Of a DNA stretch of 64,000 nucleotides, positions 32,775 to 49,518 are shown piece after piece (the stretch's first letter is position 1; every line of letters starts with the position of its first letter). The stretch is from NCBI RefSeq assembly GCF_009914755.1, contig NC_060937.1; one strand, given 5' to 3'. A program made the translations under genes and the position numbers. The notes below the pieces were generated by a model that was given only the letters and a program-made list of their open reading frames with translations, was not told the DNA's origin and did no database searches. This DNA comes from the human T2T-CHM13v2.0 reference genome, Homo sapiens.

Positions 32775-33700
<926 letters not shown>

Positions 33701-35066
33701 AGAAAAGACAAATATATAGGTGACAAATAATATTTAGAGTGTAAGACGCTTTTTAAAGGTGTATTTGCAATTTGTGTCATAACATTTAAATATACATTTA
33801 TTATTTTAACTATAAAATTTCAAATAATTTAAGCCAAATACATAGTATATGCAGAAAATTTAGCAATATATCTATGTAGCACCTTACTGTGCATTACTGT
33901 AACCAGCTGTCTAATATAAAGAATTAATTAAGGTAGCAGCTACTTTTCAAATAGCGCATTTTTTTCACAGACATATAAATAAGACAAATAACATTAAACT
34001 TTATTTTTAAATTTGCAGAATAGTGGTTTTCAGCAGATGGTTTATTTTAGCAAATTCCATCTTCACATTGTGCTATGCTTTTAAGAGTTCCCGCTGTTAA
34101 CGGATAATATTTTACTGCTGAAACTATCATGTTGTGATATAATTGCTCATTATGGGCCTTAAAACACAAGCAATATAATTATTTTCAACTTGGAGCAAAT
34201 TAAAATCTCATCGCAATTTAAAAACTCTAGAGTCGTCTTCTTCTGGTTATTTTAAACTTGTATTTTTCTCTTTATGTTTTTAGTGAGTTGTCTTATCAAG
34301 GAGAAGAACTCCAGCTGATTATTCTTTTTTTTCTCTTCCATCCACCTCGCAGGTGTGTTAATAATTTCATTTCTCAGAAAATGTTCTTTCATATCCATCT
34401 TACAAGATGAGAGACCTTTTAACATCTTCCATTCGGATGTGATACGAGTAATGGAAAATATTCCAGCTTCATGAATATGGTGATACAAATAGTTATCCGT
34501 CTAACCTCTTTCAGTGCCAAATGTTTACTTGACTCAGTGAATTACTCAGTTGACTGGTAATTTCTTCTGAAATCACTAATGAGAGGATCAGAGGTCTGGC
34601 TGTTGTCTGTACCTCATGTGACTCCCAGTGCAGACAATTGTTTCTATGGAGCACAGACAGTTGAAAGGATTGACTTCCTGCCTAGAATAGTTTCTGCTGT
34701 GCTTCTTATCCTTCTTGTGGAGATTTCAGATTGTCTGAATTGCTTTTCTTTCTTAAGAAAAAACGCAACAATTCTCCCACCTGAGAGGAATGTAAACTGT
34801 AGAAAGTTAGCAGAACCAATCCGTAAAGCTTTTACATTGTTTTTTGCAAAATGCAGCGCTGGTGTCTCCATCACTAACCTTTTCTATCCCTCGTTGCTCT
34901 TTCTATGACTGCAATAGGATACCTTTAGGCAAATCTGTATTCCCGAGACAGAGTGCCCTTTTGGTGAGCTATAAGCACACTCAATGGTAGGCTGAAATAC
35001 TAGCTTTTATCTATGGCGAAATGGAATCATATCAGTGATTTTTTTTAAAAAGGAAATTTAACTCTT

Positions 35067-35230
35067 GCTATGGTTTGAATGCTTGCCCCTTCCAATCTCA
35101 TGTTAAAATTTGATCCCCAATGTCGCAGGTGGGGCTTACTGGGAGGTGTTTGGTCATGGGGTTGGACCTTCATGAATGGATAATACCCTCCCTTAGAAAT
35201 CTAAAGTTATCTTCCCTCCTCGGTGCCCTC
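35067..35230 (+). mobile_element. MST-type MaLR LTR 5' fragment
   Basis: tgctatggtttgaatgcttgccccttccaatctcatgttaaaatttgatccccaatgt...gggaggtgtttggtcatgggg. Confidence 0.8.
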
Positions 35231-37039
35231 AGGAATGAGTGTACCATTCTTTATTCACCTATAATTCCCCCACCCATCCTTTTTGAGATGTTAATTACAT
35301 GTATGTTACACTGCTGCATATTGTCTGATGTATCAGTGAGTTTCTGGCTTTCTTATTTTAGTTTACCCTTTGTCCTTTAGTTTGTAAAGCTTCTATTTTT
35401 TTTCTATAAATTTTCTGATGTTAGGGTAAAATCCATTACTTATTCCATCTCATGGAATTTTTATTTCAAATATTTATTTTTCATCTATACGTGTCACATT
35501 TTTCATTTTATAACTTCTATTTTTCTCCTATGTTCAATTTTCATTTAAGTACATTGACATATATATGTATTTATCTGTATGTATTCATAAAATATATTTA
35601 CTTTAAGGACCTTGAAATTTCCTTCTTTTCTGTCATTTATAAATGACTTATTTTTATCCTGTTAATATATATCTTAATTATATATATCTTACGGCTTCTT
35701 TGCATGTCAGAGTTTTTTTTTGGGGGGGGTATTTTGATGTTATGCTATTGAATATCTAGATTTTATTGGCTACCTTTGAACAATGTTGTGGCAGGCAGTT
35801 CAGTAACTTCAGGATGAGTATTTGTCTGTTGTTGTTTTAAATCTTCTCTTTAAACTTTGTGGAGTTAGTCTAGAGCCATCTGTAACTTGGAGCTAAATGA
35901 GCACTGTCACTAGGGTATGAACCTCCAGTGGTCTTTACTGAATATCCTGGAGGTGCAGAGGGGATTCCCTTCTCTGGCTGGTCAGAGCTAACGTGTCTTC
36001 CTGTCATGTGATTCCAGAGAAGTGTTCTTCTTCCAACTCCCTGGTAGTGTCCTTTGCTGAGCTCCTTAGAATTTCATCCTATGTACATTTGGCTTAGGGA
36101 CTTGAGAGAATCCTTAGGCTGATTCTTGGTTCCTTTTTCTGTAAACGTTCTCTTCTACTACACATTCCAGCTGCTTAACCTTTTTTGATTTTTATCTGGT
36201 TCCTCAGTGCAATGACAACGTCTGCTCTCTCTGTGATTCCTCTCTACTGCTGTCACGGAGAATCTGGGAATAAAGCAGGACTCATTCTGGCTCCTTCTCT
36301 TCTCTTGCTGAGCACAGTCCTGTGCTGCCTGATGTTCAGTACTTCAAAAAAATGTTTCATATATTTTGTTCAGTTTACTATTCTTTAACTCTAAAAGAGT
36401 AACTCCAGTTCCAGTTACAGCATCATGTTCTGTAACTCTACTCCTTGTTGCTTCATTCTGCCATTGTCTGGTATGATCGCCCCTTTCCCTTCTGTAATCA
36501 GGCCAAGAGCATAATATAATACTAGTTATAACTGCACAGGTTGCCTCCGTTGTGTAAAAAAATCACTGAGACTTAACTGTGTCCAACTTTTAAAATGTGA
36601 ATATAAGTACAACTAAAGCTATATTTTGGTTAATATTTGCATTGCATGCTTTTCCATTATTTACTTTCAACATATGTGAAATATGAATATAAATTATAAA
36701 AACTTTAAGAGAGTCCATTTAAAAAATCTGGTCTGGTTATGTTTTACCTGGTTTAATACAACGTTCATTCTTGAATTCAGGGTCTAATATAATTGGTACA
36801 TTTGTCTATTTGCAAAAAAAAAAAAACCTTGACAATATTTTAAAATTAATTTATCCAACTCACAACTTATATGCTTCTGCCGTTGTATGGAAGATACATT
36901 TTAAACTTTATGTGATAGCATCCTGTTATACAGTCGATATCCAATTAAATTTCTCTCTATGTTTATTTCTTTCATTAAAAAATTGTTCTTCTAACTGCAA
37001 ACTTTCATCAGGGATCATGGCTCTTCTATCTGAAGAATA

Positions 37040-37545
37040 ATCTTCAGTATTTCTTTTCCTGTGGGACTGCTTGGGAGAAATTCTTTATTGTATCTTTGCT
37101 TTTGATGGATATGTCCACCAAATAGACAGTTCTAGGTCAGCACTTATTTTATTTCAGGACTTGAAAGATATCAATACCTCACTTGTTGGCTTTCGTTGTT
37201 TCATTTGAGAAAGTTGTTATCAGTCAACTCTTTCTCTTTGTAGTTACCCCAATTTTTTTATCAAGTGCTCTTTACATTTTTCTTTTACTTTTCAGAAATT
37301 GTACCATTATGTTTCTAGATGTGTCCTCTGTGTGTGTTTTCCTTTGCTTTGAAAAGCCTCCTGAACCTGTGGTTTAATATTATTGGTCAATTTTGATAAA
37401 ACCTCTAACATTGTCACTTAAAATGTTGTTCAGAGAAGCTGTTTTCTCCTTCTTAGATTTCAACGTGTTAGATTATTACTCTATCCTTCTTATTTTTTAA
37501 ATGACCTTACTCTACAATTTTTTTAGTTGGTTAATCTGTATTAGT
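37040..37545 (-). mobile_element. Old L1M ORF1-region relic
   Basis: ttctaggtcagcacttatttt...acttgaaagatatcaatacctcacttgttggcttt...ttatgtttctagatgtg. Confidence 0.5.
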
Positions 37546-37785
37546 GTATATTTTGTTATTTTATTCTATTTTATTTTATTATTATACCTTAAGTTTTAGG
37601 ATACATGTGCACCATGTGCAGGTTTGTAACATAAGTGTTCATGTGCCATGTTGGTGTGCTGCACTCATTAACTCGTCATTTAGCATTAGTTATATCTCTT
37701 AATGCTATCCCTCCCCACTCCCCCCACCCCACAACAGTCCCTGGTGTGTGATGTTCCCCTTCCTGTGTCCATGTGTTCTCATTGT

Positions 37786-41604
<3,819 letters not shown>

Positions 41605-41667
41605 TATGATGTTAGCTGGTTATTTTGCTTGTTAGTTGATGCAGTTTCTTCCTAGTCTCGATGGTCT

Positions 41668-42684
41668 TCACAATTTGGCATGTTTTTGCAGTGGCTGGTA
41701 CCAGTTGTCCTTTTCCATGTTTAGTGCTTCCTTCAGGAGCACTTTTAGGGCAGGCCTGGTGGTGATAAAATCTCTCAGCATTTGCTTGTCTGTAAAGTAT
41801 TTTATTTCTCCTTCACTTATGAAGCTTAGTTTGGCTGGATATGAAATTCTGGGTTGAAAATTCTTTTCTTTAAGAATGTTGAATATTGGCCCCCAATCTC
41901 TTCTGGCTTGAAGAATTTCTGCCGAGAGATCAGCTGTTAGTCTGATGGGCTTCCCTTTGTGGGTAACCCGACCTTTCTCTCTGGCTGCCCTTAACATTTT
42001 TTCCTTCATTTCAACTTTGGTGAATTTGACAATTATGTGTCTTGGAGTTTCTCTTATTGAGGAGTATCTTTGTGGCGTTCTCTGTGTTTCCTGAATCTGA
42101 ATGTTGGCCTGCCTTGCTAGATTGGGGAAGTCCTCCTGGATAATATCTTGCAGAGTGTTTTCCAACTTAGTTCCATTCTCCCCATCACTTTCAGGTACAC
42201 CAATCAGACGTAGGTTTCATCTTTTCACATAGTCCCATATTTCTTGGAGGCTTTGTTCGTTTCTTTTTATTCTTTTTTCTCTAAACTTCCCTTCTCCCTT
42301 CATTTAATTCATTTCATCTTCCATCACTGATACCCTTTCTTCCAGTTGATTGCATCGGCTCCTGAGGCTTCTGCCTTCTTCACGTAGTTCTCGAAACTTG
42401 GCTTTCAGCTCCATCAGATACTTTAAGCATTTCTCTGCATTGATTATTCCAGTTATACATTCGTCTAATTGTTTTTCAAAGTTTTTAACTTCTTTGCTAT
42501 TGGTTTGAATTTCCTCCTGTAGCTTGCAGTAGTTTGATCATCTGAAGCCTCCTTCTCTCAAATCGTCAAAGTTATTCTCTGTCCAGTTTTATTCCATTGC
42601 TGTTGAGGAACTGCGTTCCTTTGGAGAAGGAGAGGCACTCTGCTTTTTAGAGTTTCCAGTTTTTCTGCTCTGTTTTCTCCCCAT
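41668..42684 (-). pseudogene. L1 ORF1 (RNA-binding protein), disrupted
   Basis: ATG at 42684; span of 1017 nt matches the canonical length; premature stops TAA at 42589-42591 and TGA at 42217-42219; C-terminal REKG and YPAKLSF motifs present. Confidence 0.95.
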
Positions 42685-43710
42685 CTTTGTGGTTTTATCA
42701 ACTTTTGGTCTTTGATGATGGTGATGTACAGATGGGTTTTTGGTGTGGGTGTTCTGTTTGTTAGTTTTCCTTCTAACAGACAGGACCCTCAGCTGCAGGT
42801 CTGTTGGAGTTTGCTAGAGGTCCACGCCGGACCCTGTTTGCCTGGGTATCAGCAGCAGTGGCTGCAGAACAGCGGATTTTCGTGAACAACAAATTCAGCT
42901 GTCTGATCATTCCTCTGGAAGTTTGGTCTCAGAGGACTACCCGGTCGAGTGAGGTGTCAGTCTGTCCCTACAGGGGAGTGCCTCCCAGTTAGGCTGCTCG
43001 GGGTTCAGTGACCCACTTTAGGAGGCAGTCTGCCCAGTCTCAGATCTCCAGTTGCGTGTTGGGAGAACCACTACTCTCTTCAAAGCTGTCAGATAGGGAC
43101 ATTTAATCTGCAGAGGTTACTGCTGACTTTTTGTTTGTCTGTGCCCTGCCCCCAGAGGTGGAGCCTACAGAGGCAGACAGGCCTCCTGGAGCTGTGGTGG
43201 GCTCCACCCAGTTCCAGCTGCCTGGCTGCTTTGTTTACCTAAGAAAGCCTGGGCAATGGCGGGCCCCACTGCCCCAGCCTCGCTGCCGCCTTGCAGTTTG
43301 ATCTCAGAGTGCCATGCTAGCAATCAGCAAGTCTCCATTGGCATAAGACCCTCCAAGACAGGTGCAGGACACAATCTCCTGGTGTGCCGTTTTCCAAGCC
43401 TGTTGGAAAAGTGCAGTATTAGGGTGAGAGTGACCCGATTTTCCAGGTGCCATCTGTCACCCCTTTCTTTGACTAGGAAAGGGAACTCCCTGACCCCTTG
43501 TGCTTCCTGAGTGAGGCAATGCCTCGCCCAGCTTCGGCTCCCACACGGTGGGCTATACCCACTGTCCTGCACCCACTGTTTGGCACTCCCTTAGTGAGAT
43601 GAACCTGGTACCTTAGATGGAAATGCAGAAATCACCCGTCTTCTGTGTCACTCACGCTGGGAGCTGTAGACCGGAGCTGTTCCTGTTCGGCCATCTTGGC
43701 TCCACCCCTC
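42685..43710 (-). promoter_or_regulatory. L1 5'UTR internal promoter with YY1 site; also carries the antisense promoter
   Basis: YY1 motif caagatggcc (ggccatcttg at 43689-43698 on +) is intact; many CpGs have decayed. Confidence 0.85.
43256..43510 (+). CDS. L1 antisense ORF0 homolog, open, 84 aa
   Basis: MAGPTAPASLPPCSLISECHASNQ...RVTRFSRC matches recalled ORF0p (MAGAPPPASLPPCSLISDCCASNQ...GVTRFSRC); start context gcaATGG. Expression unknown. Confidence 0.8.
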   Translation: MAGPTAPASLPPCSLISECHASNQQVSIGIRPSKTGAGHNLLVCRFPSLLEKCSIRVRVTRFSRCHLSPLSLTRKGNSLTPCAS

Positions 43711-44057
43711 ATTTCATTATTTCATCATTTCACTTCATTTCATCATTTCATTTCATCATTTCATACCATTTCTTCATTTCATCATTTCGTTTCATTTCAC
43801 CATTTCACTTCATCATTTCATTTCAGCATTTCATTTCATTTCCTCATTTCATTCCACCATTTCATTTCATCATTTCATTTCATCTCATCATTTCATTTCA
43901 TCATTTCATTTCAGCATTTCATTTCATCATTTCACCATTTCACTTTATCTCATCATTTCATTTCATTTCATCATTTTATCATTTCATTTCATTTCATCAT
44001 TTCATTTCATCATTTCATTTCATTTCATGTCATCATTTCATCATTTCATTTCATTTC
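43711..44057 (+). repeat. (CATTT)n / CATCATTT pentamer array (HSat2/3-like architecture)
   Basis: catttcatttcatcatttc... seen directly. Confidence 0.95.
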
Positions 44058-44934
44058 AGTGATACATGTATTTAAGTACTAATGTGATGCCCAGGAGACA
44101 CCCTATTTCCCTTTGTAAAACACCTCCTTCAACAAAAGTCAACCTCTCATGGCTGGCTAAGTCTACAGGGATACCAGCCTCTCTTCAACCACCCAATTTG
44201 ATTCAGAACCTCAAACAGCACCTCAGTTTCATAAAAACCTAAAACATAAACACAACACTTGGTTGTAAGTGAGCCAACAGTTTCTTGTCTCTTTCTCCAC
44301 TCAAGGCTTAAGGCCGTGTCTACCCAACTATGTTCAGTGGAAGAAAAGATCCCCTGGACGAATAAGTTTGAGAACTGTTTTTGCAGGACTTCTCAGAACC
44401 TTTAAAACACAAATAGTCATCCGCAGGGATCTTCAGGAGGGAGATGGCTGATGCACAACAAATTTCTTTCACAGGAGTATCTTACAGAATACAGTATGAG
44501 ACGCAGAAATGCTGCATTGAGTCTTTTTAAGGGCCCGGGCCTTTGTGGCATTGGGGTAGGAGCTGTCCAGATAGCATCTAATGAGTAGGAACATTCAGGT
44601 TGCTTTTTTTTTCCTTACTGGCAAAACTGTGTGTGCATCATGAATGAAGCCAGTCTCCCTTATCCATATCAAAACTAAACCCAAATTAATTGGCTAAATT
44701 GGCACTCAACATCTCCAGGAGCCATGCGGAAGAAAGCCCCACCACACTTTAAAGTAGCTTACCTCATATTTGATGAAAGCAAAACACTTATGACCAGTGT
44801 GCTGCTAATACAAGTCAACAGATAATGCTGTATGAAAAATTATTTTTCCCAATTATAGCTAGCATAGTCCACATTTTGCATTACACTTTCCCCCCTTTTT
44901 TAAAATTTTAAACACAGGTCCTTTTCTCTCCTTT

Positions 44935-45074
44935 TTTTAAATTTTAATTTAATTATACAAGACGGAGTCTCAGTATGTTGCCCAGGCTGGTCTTCAACTC
45001 CTGAGATCAAGCGATACATCCGTCTCCGCCTCCCAAAGTGCTGAGATTACAGGCCTGAGACACTGTGCCTGGCC
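44935..45074 (-). mobile_element. Alu monomer (FLAM-like)
   Basis: agacggagtctcagtatgttgcccaggctggtc...gattacaggcctgagacactgtgcctggcc. Confidence 0.88.
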
Positions 45075-45444
45075 TTAAACACAAATCTTAATTCATTCTT
45101 ACAATTATCCTGAGGTTAGAAAAATGGAAGGCGAAGAAAAATGGCAACATTATTTGGAAGGCTGACTTCGGCTACATTATTTGGAAGGACAGTTTGCTCG
45201 GTTAAAACACACTACTGCCCACAAAGGCCAAGACAACAGAAAAATACAGACATATAAATAGATTTTATATGTGACAGCAGTTTGAATGGAGACTTTTTCA
45301 ATGCAAATGACAAACAGCTGTCCTTGGGAATAAATGACAACGAATTTTTTTTATCTCAACAGCTGTCCTGAGAGCATGTCTCTACATCTCTACCTGCATT
45401 CTGGAATCAGGGAGAAAGCCAAAACGGACGACAAGACACTAGAT

Positions 45445-45634
45445 CAGCTGTGTCCAACCCTTTGACTACAAGGACTTTTCCGCCTATCTGTGGTGGTGGG
45501 TATCAGAAAATTATGCAAAAACCTTTTTTTTTTTAAGCTCATAAGCTATTGTTAGCAGTAGTGTATTTTATGTGTGGCCCAGGAGCATTCTTCTTCCAAT
45601 GTGGCCCTGAAAAACCAAAAGACTGGACACCTGT
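45445..45634. mobile_element. MER30-like hAT DNA transposon
   Basis: gtgtccaacccttt...agctcataagctattgttagcagtagtgtattttatgtgtggccc...aaaagactggacacc with inverted ends. Confidence 0.8.
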
Positions 45635-45751
45635 GCACTAGATCAAAAGGCTACTCCTTCTGGAAGCAATTGTAAAGAATTTCTGACATTATCTTGACAT
45701 GAAAACCAATGGATAGTGGGACAGAATGAAAAATCTTCAAGAATTTTTCTT

Positions 45752-46024
45752 GTTTTTTTTTTTTTTTTTTTTTTTTTTGAGTCAAGGTGTTGCTCTGTGG
45801 CTCAGGCTGGAATACACTGGTGAGATCACAGATCAGTGCAGGCTCAAGTGCTCCTCCCGCCTCAGCCACAGTAGTAGCTAGGACTACAGATGTGCACAAC
45901 CACTCCTGGCTAAAATTTTATTTTTTGTAGACGTAGGATCTCACTATATTGTCCAGGTTGGTCTCAAACTCCTTGACTCAAGGGATCCAGGACAGGATAA
46001 CAGGCATGAGTCACCACACCTGGC
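45752..46024 (-). mobile_element. Alu (AluJ-like)
   Basis: Poly-T then gagtcaaggtgttgctctgtggctcaggctgg...caggcatgagtcaccacacctggc. Confidence 0.9.
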
Positions 46025-46849
46025 TATGTGCATGAACTTTTAAGACAAATACAAGGCTCCACAAAAGTTAAGGTTTTCCCACCTAATTTCCAGGGGATCT
46101 TTTGGTGCAAGGATGAGAAACCCTTAAAAGTACACAGACAACTCCAAAGATTCAAGAGAGTTCATTTGGGCTGAGCCAGCCCACTGGGCAGACTGACCTT
46201 CAAACAAGGCCCACCCATGACATACACCAGATGGCTCTCCAAGAATCTCTCCAGTTCTCAGGGTCGCTAAGGTACTGGACAGAGCTAGGAAAGCAAACCC
46301 ATTTGCTTCTTCCTGCACGAACCCCCTTGAGGTCAAGAACCCACAATCAGATGAGGATGGAGTAGCTCACCCTCAGTCAACAGTCCAGACTCAAGGTGGT
46401 ATAATGTCTTAACCAAGGGTGTGGGACTCCAGGTCTGAATCCCAACTCAGTTCTCCTTTGATAACCACACTTTGTTAATTTTCCTTAACAGGGGTTCCTG
46501 GCAAGTCATTTCTCCCTCAGGCCTTCGGTTTCCTCACCTACAACATGAGAAGGCTGCACCAGATGGAAATTCAGGGCATAAGGGGACGTCCGCGCACAGC
46601 CCACCCCGCCCACGGGCCCCTCGAGCCTCCATCACAGTTCCCAACACACACCCGCCCCACAAATCCTGCCCAAGGTGAGGGCTGGTCCCCGGTCCTCCGG
46701 CTGCTGCATCAGCGAGTGCAGGAGGGAGGAGAAGCCTCCAAGGGAGCGACGCGGGCTCAAGGATGCAACTCGGCCAGGAGTGAACTGGGGCCTCGAGGGA
46801 GATGTCCAGTCCGGTGCTGGAGCCCAACCCTGGTCCCCGACCCCGTTAC

Positions 46850-47080
46850 CTCCATGGTCCTTATCTTCTGCTGGGTGAGGTCCTTGGACACAGCGCACTT
46901 GGTGCGCAGCCCGCGCAGGCTGCCAACGGAGATGCGGATGAGCTTCTGGAGCTGCCCGCACTGCCGCAGCGCCTGGCTGGCCGCGACTCCTGCGCCTCCC
47001 TCCGCGATAGCCCTGTTACCCCCGCCACCGTCCTCCTTCCTCTCTCCCATCGGGGCCGAGCGCAGCGCTGCTCTATGCAT
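46850..47080 (-). pseudogene. KSR1: Duplicated KSR1 coding exon 1 (N-terminal CA1/CC-SAM region); unprocessed gene fragment
   Basis: 77 codons [21 protein letters not shown]...[38 protein letters not shown] match recalled KSR1 [21 protein letters not shown]...[38 protein letters not shown]. Similarity ends at the donor GAG|GTAACG (46850/46849). CpG-rich 5' region runs to about 47232. Confidence 0.95.
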
Positions 47081-47232
47081 GCTGCAGCGGCCCAGGAGCG
47101 GAGCCTAAGGCGTGGGTGTCTAGGCAAGGAACCCCCAAACCGGGAGAGCTGGACCAGGAGCGACCCTCGGCACTGCCTTAGCCAGGACGCCAGTAGATCT
47201 GGCAGCCGAATCTGCCGATCCCGCCCTCAGAC

Positions 47233-47908
47233 CCGCGGCGGTAGGGGCAAAAAGCTGCGACGGCGGGGTTAAAAAGCCGCAGCGGTAAAAACCTGCGGCG
47301 GCGGGAGTAAAAAGCCGCGTCGACAAAAAGCCGTGGCGGCGGGGAAAAAGCCGCGGTGGTGGGGGCAAAAAGCCGCGGCGGCGGGGGCAAAAAACCACAA
47401 AAAGCCGCGGCGGCGGGCGCAAAAAGCCGCAACGGTGGGGGCAAAAATCCGGGGCGGTGGGGGAAAAAGCCGGGGCGACGGGGGCAAAAAGCTGCGGTGA
47501 CGGGGGCAAAAAGCCGTAAAAAGCCGCAGCGTCGGGGGCAAAAAGCAGCAAAAAGCCTGGGCGGCGGGGGCAAGAAGCTGCGGCGGGAAAAACCTGGGGC
47601 GGCGGGGGCTAAAAGCCGTAAAAAGCCGCGGCGCCGGGGGCCAAAAGCCATAAAAAGCCGCGGCGGCGGTGGCAAAAAGCCGCGGCTGAAAAAGTCGCGG
47701 TGGCGGGGCCAAAAAGCCGCGGCGGCGAGGGGAGAAAGACGCAAAAAGCTTCAGCGGCAAAAAGCCGCGGCGGCGAGGGCAAAGAGCCCCAAAATGCCGC
47801 GGCGGCAGGGGCTAAATTCCGCGAGGCTGGGGGCAGAAAGACGTAAAAACCCGCAGCGGCGGCAGGAAAAATCCACGGCGGCAAAAAGCCGCGTCGGCGG
47901 GGGCAAAA
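47233..47908 (+). repeat. GC-rich tandem array 2 (same family and orientation as 13593-15320)
   Basis: gggggcaaaaagccgcggcggc units. Confidence 0.96.
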
Positions 47909-48044
47909 TAGTGGAAATGGGGTAGAAGGCCAGCACAGCTTTGCATTCCTGGAGTGTGATGTGGAAGGAAAAGTGCAGAGGAAGACAAACAAAGATGTAA
48001 GTAGGCTTGACTCAGTGCAGCTAAGAGCCCAGATGTTATCTTGA
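47909..48044 (+). repeat. Array-linked ~135-bp flank, copy 2
   Basis: tagtggaaatggggtagaagg...gcagctaagagcccagatgttatcttga; homologous to 15321-15455. Confidence 0.95.
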
Positions 48045-48054
48045 TGTTATCTAT

Positions 48055-48182
48055 CAGCTAATTTTTTCTATTTTAGTAGAGAAGGGGTTTTACCACCTTG
48101 GCCAGGATGGTCTCGATCTCCTGACCTCATGATCCACGCACCTCAGCCTCCCAAAGTGGTGGGATTAGAGGCATGAGCCACA
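48055..48182 (-). mobile_element. Alu left-arm fragment; right arm and tail absent
   Basis: cagctaattttttctattttagtagag...ggcatgagccac. Confidence 0.9.
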
Positions 48183-49216
48183 AAGTGCTCAAAAAATCTA
48201 TTAATTAAAAATGTGTATGTAGCCGTCTTTAATCTACCATGTCCATTAGCAGATAAATACTATAAGCAAAATAACAACAATGAAAGAAACATAGACTTAG
48301 AGTAGATACTCTGATTTATTTAATAAAAATTTGAAAATAGACCAAATTACTCTATGATAAAAAAAAATCAGTTACTATTGAGGATGAGGGTTAGTGTTTG
48401 GAAAGGGGCAGAAGTATCTCTATTTTTAGTAATGTTCTATTTTCATACATGGTTATAAGCAAATACATGTGTTTCATTAATGAAGCTATCCATATTTAAT
48501 CATTGTACTTTTCTGCATGTATGATATATGTCAATAAATGTCTTAAATTATATACAGCAAAAATAGACAAAAGCACAAGAAGACATACACAAATGTTAAA
48601 CCTAGAGAGAAATTTGAATATAAGTAAGTCTCTGAATGACTGGTAGAACAAACCGAAAAATAGGATGGAGAGGTTTGGAACAGCATGATTAGCAAAATTG
48701 ACATATCTGTCTTTTAATATAGGTAGAAACATAGATAAAAACAGGATTTGTCTCGGAGCATGATTTCTGAAAATAGTGGAATCGAGTTTGAATCTAGTAA
48801 GTACATATAAATAAATGTCTTAAAACTCCTCTTATGTTAGCTAATTAAGAAATATTATTGTAATAGACATTAGAAAATATTTTAATAAATTGAATGCATT
48901 TCACATGCTAAGAAAATGATCTTACTTGCATTTGATAGTTCAATTAGATACATATATACCTATAGGTAGTTTAAAATATTTCTAATAACCTTATATACTT
49001 TTAAAAAAGCATTGATATCTGTTTGCACTATCTGGTCTATAGAGTACACATACCAAACATGATTATAGCTCTTCTGCTATAAACTTCAAATGTCTAATTA
49101 ATACAAAAATCTAGAATGAGAAGAGTTCTTTGCAATTTTTTTTTTTTACGAAATAGAATATAGGAAAGATAGCTGCAAATATACCTGACACACTTATCTG
49201 TGAGTATGGTGGTAGC

Positions 49217-49518
49217 CTTTTTATTTTATTTTATTTTATTTTGAGAGAGGGTCTCACTTTGTCACCCAAGATGGAGTGCAGTCATGTGATCAGAGCTCAC
49301 TGAAGCCTTCACATACTGTGCTCAAACGATTCTCCCACCTCAGCCTCCTGAGTAGCAGGGACGGCAGGTGCATGACACCATACTAGCTAATTTTTGTAAA
49401 GATGGGGTTTCACCATGTTGCCCTGGCTGATCTCCAACTCCTGGACTCAAGAGATCTGGCCACCTTAGCCTCCCAAAGTGCTGGGATTATAGTTTTGAGG
49501 CACCGCGATCAGCCCAGC
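49217..49518 (-). mobile_element. Alu (AluJ-like)
   Basis: ttttgagagagggtctcactttgtcaccc...caaagtgctgggattata...cccagcc. Confidence 0.9.

Noticed and set aside
34252-34908. Cluster of short ORFs in non-repeat sequence
   Set aside because: No recognisable domain or consistent frame.
43617-44082. H/F/I/S-rich ORFs
   Set aside because: Translations of the CATTT array.
46545-47272. Plus-strand ORFs of 187 and 156 aa
   Set aside because: Antisense shadows of the GC-rich KSR1 exon.
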